From the NCBI GenBank assembly GCA_965645245.1, contig OZ287088.1:682001-746000 (forward strand): 64,000 nt of DNA, read 5' to 3'. The translations under genes were made by a program, and so were the position numbers. Origin of the DNA: Massalongia carnosa. Taxonomy: Eukaryota. Each line of letters begins with the position of its first letter. Within the stretch, counting starts at the first letter, position 1. Positions 25,094-36,600 of the stretch are shown here, piece by piece. The notes under the pieces are model-generated. The model searched no databases. It saw only the letters and a program-made list of their open reading frames with translations, and was not told the DNA's origin.

Positions 25094-26248
25094 TCATTGC
25101 CTTGATGGGAGAGGCATCGAATTTGGGTTAGAGGGTTGATTTTTTCCATTTGTACAGTCCATCGCCCGATGTTGCTTTCCACATTTCTCACACACATGTT
25201 GGAATCTACAATATACGGGACAGTCTTTGCCATAGTTGTATTTCTTACAGATAATCTTTTCGCCTGAGGTTTTGAAAGCCGTAGAATTATCGTCCGGTTT
25301 TGCAAAGTAAGCGGACGGTTTCCGCACAAGATGCCTTTCCAAGGAATGGTCCATTTCTTTCCATCCATCCGGGTTGTCAATCCCGCGAAAGGCTCGAGAT
25401 TTGTGGAAATTCAAATGAAAGATGCGAACCGAGTCCCAGGTGTAGAAGGCGTATAATGATAGAAGATGGTCCTGATAAGCCATGAAGGCTCTCATCAGGT
25501 TTATCTGGAGACCGGGGTGTGCAAAGTGTAGTAGTATCATCCAATATACCCCGAGACATCGTATCAAATGAACTATCCCTTTGATATCTTTTAAGGAGCC
25601 ATCTTCTTCTCTCGTGGCGATTTCCAGACCTTCTCCGAGTTTGACGTATCTAGAGTTGGTTTGAACTCCGTCGATGTCGGTACATAGCTTGGTAATGTTG
25701 ATTGGGTCAAACGTATTCTCGGAGATTTGCTTTATCCATATGGGCTTGATAGTGGGATATTCGTTCATAAGAGAAACAAAACGAGGATCCATACCTTCTG
25801 TATACAATGAGTTTGGTCGATGCGGTGGAAATGATGTCGGAAATAATAGGGAAGGCTGTTGAGCTGAGGCTACTGGCCCAGGGACCACGTCTCGGGCACG
25901 TGCTTGTTGGGTTTCGATATCCCGCCTAAGACTTACTCTTTCTCTTTCCTCGGCTTCCCTGCGGGACATTTCGCGTTGTGCTCTAAGTTCAATAATGTCA
26001 TCAGGGGTGCGAGAACGGGTTTCCGGTATAACAGGCCCTTGTGAGGAGGAATTAAACGCTGAAGATGGAAGAGGAGAAGGTTGAGGATGGCTTTGAAGGG
26101 TTGCCGTGCTGTCTTGTGAGTCGGGTACTTCGACGTCTGGGTTGGAGTTGGCTAGATTTGCCCTAGCTCTAGTTCTAGTACGGGCTAGAGTGCTGCCTTG
26201 TGTGCGGGAGGTAGGCTTGGTGATTCTGTTGGAGATGCGGGTGGCCAT
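25094..26248 (-). CDS. Gag-like protein with C-terminal Cys/His zinc finger
   Basis: Likely start MATRIS; ICKKYNYGKDCPVYCRFQHVCEKCGKQHRAMDC. Confidence 0.82.
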   Translation of the reverse strand: MATRISNRITKPTSRTQGSTLARTRTRARANLANSNPDVEVPDSQDSTATLQSHPQPSPLPSSAFNSSSQGPVIPETRSRTPDDIIELRAQREMSRREAEERERVSLRRDIETQQARARDVVPGPVASAQQPSLLFPTSFPPHRPNSLYTEGMDPRFVSLMNEYPTIKPIWIKQISENTFDPINITKLCTDIDGVQTNSRYVKLGEGLEIATREEDGSLKDIKGIVHLIRCLGVYWMILLHFAHPGLQINLMRAFMAYQDHLLSLYAFYTWDSVRIFHLNFHKSRAFRGIDNPDGWKEMDHSLERHLVRKPSAYFAKPDDNSTAFKTSGEKIICKKYNYGKDCPVYCRFQHVCEKCGKQHRAMDCTNGKNQPSNPNSMPLPSRQ

Positions 26249-28784
26249 TTTTGGAGGAGAGGGATTTGAATAGAGTAAATTTAAGTGTAGTGGTTGTATA
26301 AATTTGAATTGGGTGAAAAGAAAACGTTGCAAACAGTGCTATCAAAATGCTATGCTTTTTGATTGTCTTGAGATGTGAGATGATGAGGGATACCGTCTGG
26401 GACCTCCTCTTTATATATCTTCTTCCTATTCTCCTTGTCCTACTCTACCATCCCAGTATGCCCCATCAACGCGGCCCATAGCAAGGCATACACAAATCCG
26501 AAACCTAACTGTCGTCCGAAGGATCGATGCGGTGCTAAGATCTCTATGCCGTGCTAAGACATCCTTATGGTGCTGAGACATCTATGCCGTCCGAGAGATC
26601 CATGCGGTGCCGAAATCAAAGCGGGAGCTGTCTCGATTAACGACGCACTAGCTCTCAGCATAGCCGAACTAGACAATTTCAGGCCATAGCTCGTCATCAA
26701 GGCTTCCCTCTAGGATTGTCGCTCTTGTCATATTTCCATGATGGTTCTTCCCATTCGTTCTGACACGCCGTTTTGTTCGTGAGAGTACGGTGCTGAGGGC
26801 TCAAAAGTGATGCCCTTCTTCGCAAACCATTCCTCTACCCTTTTGCTCTGCAGTTCTGATCCATAATCTGAACGTAGGCGTTCGACTGGTCTCTCCTTGT
26901 GTGACCTGGTTTTGCAGAGGTTGTAGAAGGTCTTGAGACATTTGAACCAATCGCTTTTCCGGGCACCAGTGTACACTTCGGTATATCGCGTGAAGTCATC
27001 CGTAAATGTGAAGAAGTATCTCTCCCCTCCAAAACCAACAGGGTTGATAGGACCTACTAGGTCTGTGTGTATAAACTGGTACGCCTCGCTTGCTCGTTTC
27101 TGAGGCTCGTGGCGGTTGTAGATTTTTGTGGCTTTCGCACGTTGGCAGCTGTCACACACGTACTTTCTGAGTCGTCCACGTAGTCGATCTCCAGTTTGTG
27201 GAGATGTTGCTTCAGTGAGGGGAAGTTGAGGTGGCCGAGTCGTTTGTGCCAGGTGGTGAGAGGTAGTTTTGATGAGGTGGTGGTCCTGTAGGCGTGTGGT
27301 GGCCACTCGTACGTGTTGTCGTCGATCTGCTTTAGATGAGTTGCAGAGACAGAGAGGTTGAGAGGGTGAAGAAGGAAGCTGGTCCTCCACCTTTCGGCGT
27401 AAGCCAGGGTTTCCTTTGTTCTTCTATCATAGAGTGTCTCGTTCTCATTATCATAGAAAATTCCATGAATGTTAAGAAGGCCGAGGCTGACAAGATTAGA
27501 AGGACTGTGGGGAAGGAAAAACACGTTGTTCAGGTTCAGGATCACTCCTTCGCGACCGTCTTTCAGGCTGAGGCGAAGGCGCACCTTTCCACGGCCTGGT
27601 GAAACCCCATCTGCAGCTAAGCCTCCGATCCGGGTAGGCTTTTCGTGGTACTCAGTCATCAAGCTTCGATCATTACACACGTGCACGTCCGCCGCGCTGT
27701 CAACCAGCCAGGAAGCGTCTCTCGGCCCTTTGACCGCTAGCACCTTTGGTTGTCAACTTTCGCGGGACAGGGTCTCGGAAGGGCTCTCTGTCTGGCTTTG
27801 GAGGTTTTGCCTAGAGCCTTTTGTTCTCATCTGGTGCAGCGAGTGTTTTGGCCGAAGTTCGGGGTATCTCAGGAAACAACGGTCTGTGTAGTGCTGTGTA
27901 TTTCCCTTCTTGATGCAATCTGGGTTTGTGCAGGTCCCCGGGGGTGCTCGATTACTAGGCTTTGGTGGTTTGGAGGTGAAGAGTGCCGATTGTTTGGGTG
28001 TGCCGGATTGTCCTGGAGTTTGGTCGTTCTCTTTCCTGATTTCTGCAAACCGGATAAGCTTTTCAGTGCTCTCGGCGATGTTTGTGTTCCCCATTTTCCA
28101 CTCTGTCTCCATCATGGAGACGATCCCCGAGTATTCGTTTCCCATTCCAGTGAGCAGTCCTGCCTGCAGGAGTACCTCGGCTCCTTTTGCGGGGATCTCG
28201 GAATCAGTGGGAATGAGGCCGCACACAGTGTCGTAGGCCTCTTGGTATTTGCTGCAATATTCGTGAATTTCTATGCAGTCCGATAGGCGTAATTTGGTGG
28301 TCTCCAGGATGAGTCGCGAGATGCTCATTGGAGAGATGTGCTGAAATTTCGTTTGTAGGGTTTCCCACATTTCCTTGGCTTCTTTGCCCTCGATAGCTGC
28401 TTGGTGTTTGGAGGCTACCGAGTTTTTGATGATGCCCTCCGCTTTGCTCAGGGAGGCTCGGTGCTCTTTAATTTCGGTGGAGAGGGCAGTCCAGAGTGCT
28501 TGGGCCGTCATTTCGGTGGGTTTGAAGCCCATGGCTATGATGTCCGATCTGACGGACTCCTTCGTTGGCTCTGGCTTTCTGGTGACTGCCTAGGCGTAGT
28601 TCTTCTGCTTGAGCTCTCCCAGAATGTAGGATCGCCATAATGTATAGTTCTCGGAGCCTTGGAGGATGATGCGGGGAGCCTTCTCCTGCTCTTCTCATCG
28701 GTCTGACATTTTGTGGTTTTTTGGGCGAAGGGTTCTCAACGCCTTTGGGTTGTAGGAAGGTGTGTTGCCTTGTAGCTGTTGTGG

Positions 28785-28965
28785 TATGCGAGCGTCTTCG
28801 CTTCGTAACCTTTGGTATATGAGCAAGTTCTCCGCCTCGTAGCCTTCGGTATGTGAGCGTTCTGCTTCGTATGAGCGTCTTCGCCTCGTAGCCGTCTGGT
28901 ATGTGAGCGTTTGCCTCGTAGCCTTTGGTATATGAGCGTTCTACTTCGTATCCTTTCAGTATGTA
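28785..28965. repeat. imperfect ~30-bp tandem array in the Copia B 5' leader
   Basis: Recurrent GGTAT(G/A)TGAGCGT...GCCTCGTAGCC units. Confidence 0.75.
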
Positions 28966-31900
28966 GCACTCTTCCTATCTATTGTGGTAGGTGGTCAGGC
29001 GCATTGGCTTGATTCCACACCGCCATTTCAGAATTGGCTTCTTTTGGTAGCCAAGTGGTCTTAACCCTCCTGCCTCACACCCCTCCTCCTTTTCGGGTAG
29101 GAAGTTCTTCCAGAGGTGGATCGGACTTTCGGTCTGATACTGATTATGTCCCTTTTGTTCTAGGTGCTTTGCTCTGGGGGTTGTGGGGTATTTGTGGCCT
29201 GTCGCTAGCGAAGATTAATGAGCTTATGCGCTGGCCGGGCTCATAACCTGTAGAAGTATGAGGTTATTCATTTTGTTATATTCATGATTATATAACTCTC
29301 TCCTTCTAAAGTCTAAAATCATCTAAGTCCAGGATGCGTGCCGCATACCGGGTCTACTGTTACACGTGACCATAATAATGTCTAGCGCCATAGGTTGGTA
29401 TCCAACACGCGGAGACTGTTTCAAACCGTACAGCGCTTTGTTCAACCTGCACATGATGCCAGCTGTGTCATATCATTTCGGCATGTGGACATAGATGAGT
29501 TGATCGATGAGACCGTTCAGAAAAGCTGTCACTATATCTAGTTGCTCGATGCCTAGATCGTGATGAGCAGCTAACGCGAATAGCAGGCGAAAAGCCATTG
29601 GTTTGACCACAGATGCAAAGGTTTGATTGAAATCTACTCCGTATTGTTGTAGATATCCTTTGACAACCCATCTGGCTTTAAAGCGAACGATCTTTCCATT
29701 TACGTCCCGTTTCAGCTTGAATACCCATTTGCCACTCAAGACTATATGTCCGGGTTCCATGGACTCGGTGGATAATGTATCCCAGGTGTTGTTCTCCAGC
29801 AGACTTTTGATCTCCTCATCCATTGCCAGACTCCATTCTTTTGCTTATTTGGAGTTCATTGCTTGATGATATGTTTGTGGCTCAGCTGTATCTGACTGAA
29901 TGAACGCATCGTAGTCGTTCAGGTATGCTGCTCCCTCTATTTCCAGTTCTTTGGCCAGAAGTATGAGTGGGTCTTCTTCGTCTCTATCTGCCAGTGTGAG
30001 GATGTGTTCTGGTTCACTTAATGCCTCATTTGACAGGAGACTCAGCACTTGTGCGACATGGGCGTGTTTTCTGGGTCTACCTCGTCCACGTTTGGGGATT
30101 CCACTTATCTTGGAATTCAACTCTGGTTGATCTTTTGAAGGAGTGGGACTGATTTCGAGTGTGATATCTTTCTCGTTTTGAATCATTACGGAATCGTACG
30201 TGGGTAGATCGGCCCCATCTTTGAATGTGGCGTCTTCATGAATTCGTAAGTCCTTGACCCTGATGACCTTGTAGTCTTTTTCCATAAAGACGCGATAGAT
30301 GGTGCTTCAGTCATATCCACACAGTGTTCCTTTCTGAGCCCTGGGAGAAAATTTAGCAGCCTTGCTGTTTATACCTTTTCGCTCTTCTCCGTGAATCAAC
30401 ACATAGACTGTGGATCCGAGAATTCTCAGGTGATCCAGATTATATGACTTATTCTCGATCTCATACGGGGTTTTACCTGCCAAGGCGTTGGCTGGTCTGA
30501 CGTTCTTGGTGTGAACCATGGCTAGAACTATTTCTGCCTACAAGTAGTCTGGAATGTCTCCGGCAATGACACTGCATCTTGTCATGTCCATGATGGTACT
30601 GCCCATTTGTTCTGCGACTCCGCTTTCCTCTTGAGAGTATGAAGCAGCTGGTTCAAACGTTATGCCTTGTTCCAGGAACCAAAAGTCTGACTTGTGACTG
30701 CGAAGCTCCGTACCGAAGTCACCGCGAAAACTGCTTATGGGTTTAGCCTTTCCGGATTTGTTTTGGGCCATGCTGTAGTGCGTCAACAAGTGATTAAACC
30801 ATTCACTCTTCTTATGTCCAGTATAGACATGAGTGTATCTGCTAGCATCACAGGTGAAAGTGAAGAAGTAAAGTTCTTCAAGAAGTCCTGCTGGCTTGAT
30901 TGGTCCCACTAGGTCAGAGATTATCTTTTGAAAGAGCTCTGTGGCCTTCTCTTGCCGAGTTCGGTTGTATATCTTTTTAGCTTTTCCCATTTCGCATGCA
31001 TGGCAAAACCAACCGTGGATGATATCGTCATCGTACGTTATGTCTAGCGTTTTCAGATATTTTCGACACGTCGCTATGTTGAGATGACCAAGCCTTGCAT
31101 GCCATGTAGTGAGTTTTGATTTGACAGATATTTGACAGATAGTGACGTCCAGTCCTTGATAGGTGTCCTCGTCCACTTTGCTCAAATGCATCCTCATATC
31201 TGGGGTGTCAATGGTATGTAGCATGAAGTTATTGTCAACTCTCGGTACGTGCCCTATGACTTTTGCAGTAGATCCCATGAACAGTCTCCAGTTTGAATTG
31301 TCATAGAAGATATCGTGTTGATTCAGCATTCCCAAACTCACAAGGTTCACCGGACATTGAGGAATGTAGAGCATTGTTAAGAATAAGTATCGACGAGGGT
31401 AAGCCGTCCTCCAAGATCAATGTCTTATGAATGGTTCCTCTTCCTGGCTACGTTCCTGTGGACGTTGACCCTGCTAGATCAGTGGAGTAGCTCGTATAGT
31501 CAGTGAACGTGTGTCTGTGGTTGCATACGTGCATATCTGCAGCGCTGTCCAATAACCACGAGTTCTTGTTCAGATTTGAGTTTTTGCAGTCTTGTGGCCA
31601 TGACCTGTGTGAGCCAACTACTCGCCGTTGGAATGTTGGGTGATGTATGAGGTAAGTCCGCCTTCGTTTCTGACGAGGTAGTCTTTTGTTTATTTGCTCT
31701 TCCGGATTCGAGGGAACTTCTATGTCTTTTTAGCTGTGGAAACTTCTGCCAGCAGGTATCTGGCCAATGACGAGTGTTCTTTCTCTCGACACATTCAGAG
31801 AAGGTGCAGGTCCCCAATGGGGCTCGACCTCTCGAGTCAGGTGTGCTGATATGAAGTGCATTGGTGTTTTTCATGTTGACAGAATAAGCAACGATGGTCT

Positions 31901-33668
31901 TCATCGCTTCCGACAGGTTTGTGGTTTCGTGTGTCCAATCTCGTCGAAGTTGGGCTATCAATGGGGAATAGACGTCTGTGGTGTTACCCAGCATCATTCC
32001 CTGAAGCATGAACTCCACGGTATGCACATCCACTTTGGCCTTGTCGTCCAGCATTTCTTTAATCTTGTTTAAAGCGCTCTCGTACTCTGCACAGTATAGA
32101 CTAGTCGTCTCGAAGTCAGTCATCTTCTTAGAACTAACCTTCCGAATGATGTCGCTGATGCTCATTGGTGCTATATCTTGGAATCTATCCTTCAGGATTT
32201 TCCACATTTCTGCCGCATTCTTGTTGTCAATGAGGCTGTAATGGCACTCCGCAACTATCCTCGAGATGTTGAGTGAAGGGGGAGGGTCAGAGGTATTGGA
32301 ACGAGGATTCTGGGGGATGAAGAGCTTAGGTTGGATAGTCGAAAGACAGCTCTCGGGCGGCGATGACCTGGGAGGTGACGAAGGAGACCGAGGAAATGCG
32401 GTTGACGTCCGACAAAGCAGCACTATCCCATTCATTCAATCATGATCTCGCCACGTTCAGCCTCATTTCTCTTTGGCAAAATCGCGAACCACCTCAAACC
32501 CAACGATTAAGTCTCGATGAGTTCGCGAGTCACTGACAGCCTTTGTGAGAATCAATGGTCAATGCTAAAATCTATAAAATCGAGACGCAATCGGCATCAA
32601 GCGGAGCAAATATTGCCCATCGTGCGAGAAGCATCGGGATCTTGTCGTGAAAAGCCACCGGAAAAAGTAGAAGCCTATTACAATTGCCATCCTTCGAGAA
32701 GACCTTTTATGTATCTTTGACAAGTATTGGCAGACTTTGTAGGACGACGGCCTTTACCTACAATGATTGTGCGAGCGCCTTCCAATGGCCTGTAGAGATC
32801 AATATACAAGCCCACGCTCAGTGATGCCATTATCACTTTATCCTCGCGGTACCTGAGGTTTGAAGACGAGCTTCATCCATGGCACCAATTTTTGGCAGAG
32901 TATAAAACCCTTCAAGGATAGAATGAGTTCCATCACCACTCAAGTTCACCGGTATGCAAAGCCTGTGCAAGTGGTGAGAATGATAGCAACAGAGCCGATA
33001 AGGAGGACGTCAAACATGTTTTTCCAGAGCTCCCTCCTGACTCTAACTTCAAGGTCATGGCAGCCCTCTTATCTTTTCAGAATAAACTTTCCATCTCTCA
33101 TTTTCCTATTCATCCTCTCAACCTCTCATCTTCCTATTCTCCCATGCTCGCTCCATGATAGGTAGCATGTAATATGTGTTGAAATAAAAGGGGCTGAGGG
33201 AGCTGCACTGAATCAATGAAAAGGCTGATATGCTGCGCTTGAAGCTCCATAACTAAATTGAACCGAACTAACTGAACTAACTAAGAAAGAAAAGAAGTGG
33301 GATTATTTGCCTAAATATATACACCGAATATGACTGTCATGGAGTCTTCGAGAAACTTCCATCGCGTTCGTCGCAGGGACCTTGTCGTGCGATAATAGCG
33401 GAATTATAGATTCCCATAGAATGTTCCATGCAATTGTAAGGTGAAGTCATATCGGGTTAGACAATTAACCTCGGTATAGTGGCAAAAGCAAATAACGCCA
33501 AAATAATATCAATAATATCACTATGGATGGTGTAATGGGTTGTTGGGGGATGTTCCGTGCTTAGGGCATGGCCCGTGCCTAGGGCAAGTGCTAGGACGGT
33601 TTAGTCACTCGCTTTTATTTCTCAGATTACTTCTCTGATCACATATCGTAACATGTTACATCGTCCGA

Positions 33669-36600
33669 CTATAATTTGATTCCGTTTCTTATAATAGCTA
33701 CCTCGCCGTTCTTGGGACACAACAATGTTCCTTGAGTAGTGATTACACACAAGCTGAGGGTGTCGGCGTAGAGCCAGTCCTTGGGCAGGAACAGATGTCT
33801 TTTGTAGGATTTAACCTTTCCATCAAGCTCCCACGTACAAAGCCAATGCTGATGATCAAAAAACATTACATGATTTTGATAGCTACCGATAAGCTTGGAG
33901 ACCTCCCCCGTCAGTGTCATAATGCTCTCTTCAAGTTTGATACAGTCTTCGAATGCCTCTGGGACGAGCGCAGTTGTAGGGATGAGTTGGACCCGCCGTC
34001 CCTTGGGTTTATCAGTATTGTAGGAGCAATTAGACTGCGTTTCGAAGATCACCGACTTAGAGTCTTTTGTTGAAGCAATGCAGTCAACAGTTTCATCTAG
34101 ATCTTTATCTTCTACGAAGGCACCTTGGGTTGCAAGGTCCATTCGCTTAATTGATGTAGAATGAACGGAATAATTTTCCGTCGCTGCATCTGAAGAAAGT
34201 TCCCTAATGTTTTTCCTATCAGAATCTAAAGGCACAATGCTCAGGCCATTTTCTGGTGTCAACTCCAAAAAGCTGTTCCAGTCAAAGATACGGACCTCCT
34301 CGGCGTTGATTAAAACAAGGCGTGTAATGTTTAATGGATGCTCTATCCACTTCCCTCGTCCCTGTGAGTGATGTTTCCGCGTCTGGCTTATCTTTTTGGC
34401 TGAGACGTCCCAGATCCTGTCAGATGAGAAAGTTGAGACGAGTAAGTACTTGTCATCAGAACTGAAAAGAAGCTGAGTAATTCCGTCTTCAAGCCGAAAG
34501 TCTGAGGCTTTGTAGACGAGCATTTTAGCATATCTTGCCGAGGGGGTTTGAACTTTCCGAACCAAAACATGGCCTGATTCATCACCTGACGCAATCCACT
34601 TCCCTGAACTGGACCAAGCTAGAGCTATTATTGCTGTGTCTATAGTGTGTCCTGGAAGTGAGCGGACTAGCTTGCCGCATGTTATTTCGTGAATTGAAAG
34701 TTCGCCGTCGTCCCGGCCACAGCAGAACCCAAAATCATCTGGACTGCTAACTATGGCAGTGATCTGGCTACGGTTAATCTGATGCGCTTCATCAGGCGCT
34801 GAGCTCATAAAAATTCCAGTGGATGACATGCGATCTGCCTCGGGATCTGTCGCGTTTGAATGAACAAGCACTTCAGGTTCCCACACATTAATACCCGACT
34901 CACGAATATCATAGAACCGGCGTTCATCAGGACTAAAGGCGAGGTCTCGAACAAATTCGTTATAGTTGAGCTGATAGACGAGGCTTAGTTTTCGGTCCTT
35001 ATCAGCTTCATAGTCTGGAAGGGCAAAGATTTTGATCGTCCCGCAATGATCGCTGGTAAGTAGGTAGTTTCCTTCAGGACTACAAACCATTTCTTTTGCA
35101 CCTATTTGGTGCTCTATCTGCTCCTCAAACATTGGACACCAATCTACCAGGCGGGTATTATGATACAGTATGTAAACACGTCCCGAATTAGGATGCCACT
35201 GTATTGCCTCTGCAGGCAAACCGATATCGCCTTCTGCTTTCCCGACATCTTCTTTTATGATGCAACGATACGCTTGTGACTTATAATTTAGATCCCATAT
35301 TTCGACGGGTCGATTTCTTGACACGAAAGCAACTTGTGTGCCGTCGGGACTAAAACTCATTACTCGTAGGTCACCATAATGATGGCTTTCCGCAACCGCT
35401 CGAAAGGCAAAAACTGTCTCACATGTGCTCCACTTATGGCAAACGATAGAGTGATCCTGATGACCTACGATAATCTCTTCATCGTGGGTACCAAAGGCAA
35501 GAGCGATGACCCGGGACTCTCCAGCCTTAAGGATTGAAGCTACTCGATTTCCCGTGCCAATTTCCCAGACCTTCAACGTCCTGAGGCCCGAGGTACAGAT
35601 CAGATAGCCGTTTTTATTGATGGTCATTTCTGTGAGATATTCGCCATGCCGGATTCTGCGCAACTCTTCGCAGGTCTGAGTGTGCCATATTATTACACAA
35701 TGCGCCTGAGGGATGAGCGCTGCGATGATCTCGACAATGGCTATTAGTCTTGATGCTCTCTCATCAGGCCCGACGGAAAGCCGAGCATGGCAATCATCCC
35801 ACTCATGATTCGAGATTCCTATGACTGAGAACAAGCCATTCACTTTACCAAAGTGTTTGCGGATCATCGAGCCCTCGGGAAAAAACGGTGGTATCAGCCT
35901 ATATATCGAGGAAGGGCTTTGTATTAGATTACTTCCAAATCTACCTACTAGCTTAATTAACTCCACAGCCCACATTCTGAAAAACTCATTGTCATCGTTT
36001 GACAAGGTTCTAGACGAGGTCTTCCTGAGAAGATTTTCTCTCCTTTTGACAAAGGTTTTGAGATATTGAGCGGAATTAATCAAACTCGTAAGACTGCCGG
36101 ACAAGGCTAGAATGTAAATCCAATTGAGGGCGTCATTTTTGAAAAAGTCTAAGAGGATATCTCGAAGAGGCTCGGAATCTGGCTGAGCAAGGCTTAAGTG
36201 ATAGGCCCATGTTTCAGCTGCGTAAAAAAGAAAAGGATGGGAGTTATCAATGAGAGAACCAGCATTGCGGTCGGTGTCTCTAAACTGGGTACGAGCTTCA
36301 AGTGCACTCAAGATTTGTTTCCACTGTCTTTGCTTTGTAGAACAGAGGTATCCAAGACAGGTGGTTGCTAGATATTCGTGCCCCTCATTTGAAGTCATTT
36401 GAATCAAATTTTGTCTTGTAGTGCTCACTAAGAAAAGCCGTACCGTTTCATGAATTAAGCTCACTTTCGAGTTTTGTATCCCGACAAAATCTCCACAGAT
36501 ATGCTGCATTGTGTCTTCTAGGCTGATAAAGTCTGAGAATTCTGGATTCAAAGCAGTTTTCAATTCAACAACCGAGAGCGGCCGAAAAGAAAACGTTGCC

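Larger units (their letters stand above)
21734..26672 (-). mobile_element. Ngaro-type (DIRS order) tyrosine-recombinase retrotransposon, apparently intact
   Basis: Split direct repeats in A1-ORFs-B1-A2-B2 order: A 26317-26672 and 21921-22276 (356 bp, one mismatch seen), B 22277-22424 and 21734-21881 (148 bp); gag, RT/RNase H and YR ORFs. Confidence 0.95.
19406..29407 (-). mobile_element. Copia element B nested in Copia A
   Basis: 5' LTR 29249-29407; truncated 3' LTR 19406-19492; TSD CGCGG; PBS GGTTATGAGCCC 29237-29248; gag, protease WLVDSAADVH, integrase, RT with internal deletion near 19900. Confidence 0.92.
18113..32266 (-). mobile_element. Copia element A (outer), 5'-truncated, split by Copia B
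   Basis: gag 32266-31500, integrase 31374-30300, RT 29823-29408 resuming at 19405 (KALYGLKQSPR junction), RT/RNase H ORF 18288-19370 (FVDDL, GYSDSDWAG, KHIDIQHHF); PPT 18220-18228 then TGTTG LTR start at 18219. Confidence 0.88.

Noticed and set aside
28785..28965. CRISPR-like repeat array
   Set aside because: Eukaryotic context; degenerate tandem units without unique spacers, inside a Copia leader
32267..33470. Further LTR-like starts (TGTTGA at 32267 and about 33177)
   Set aside because: Could not pair them with an end or a TSD
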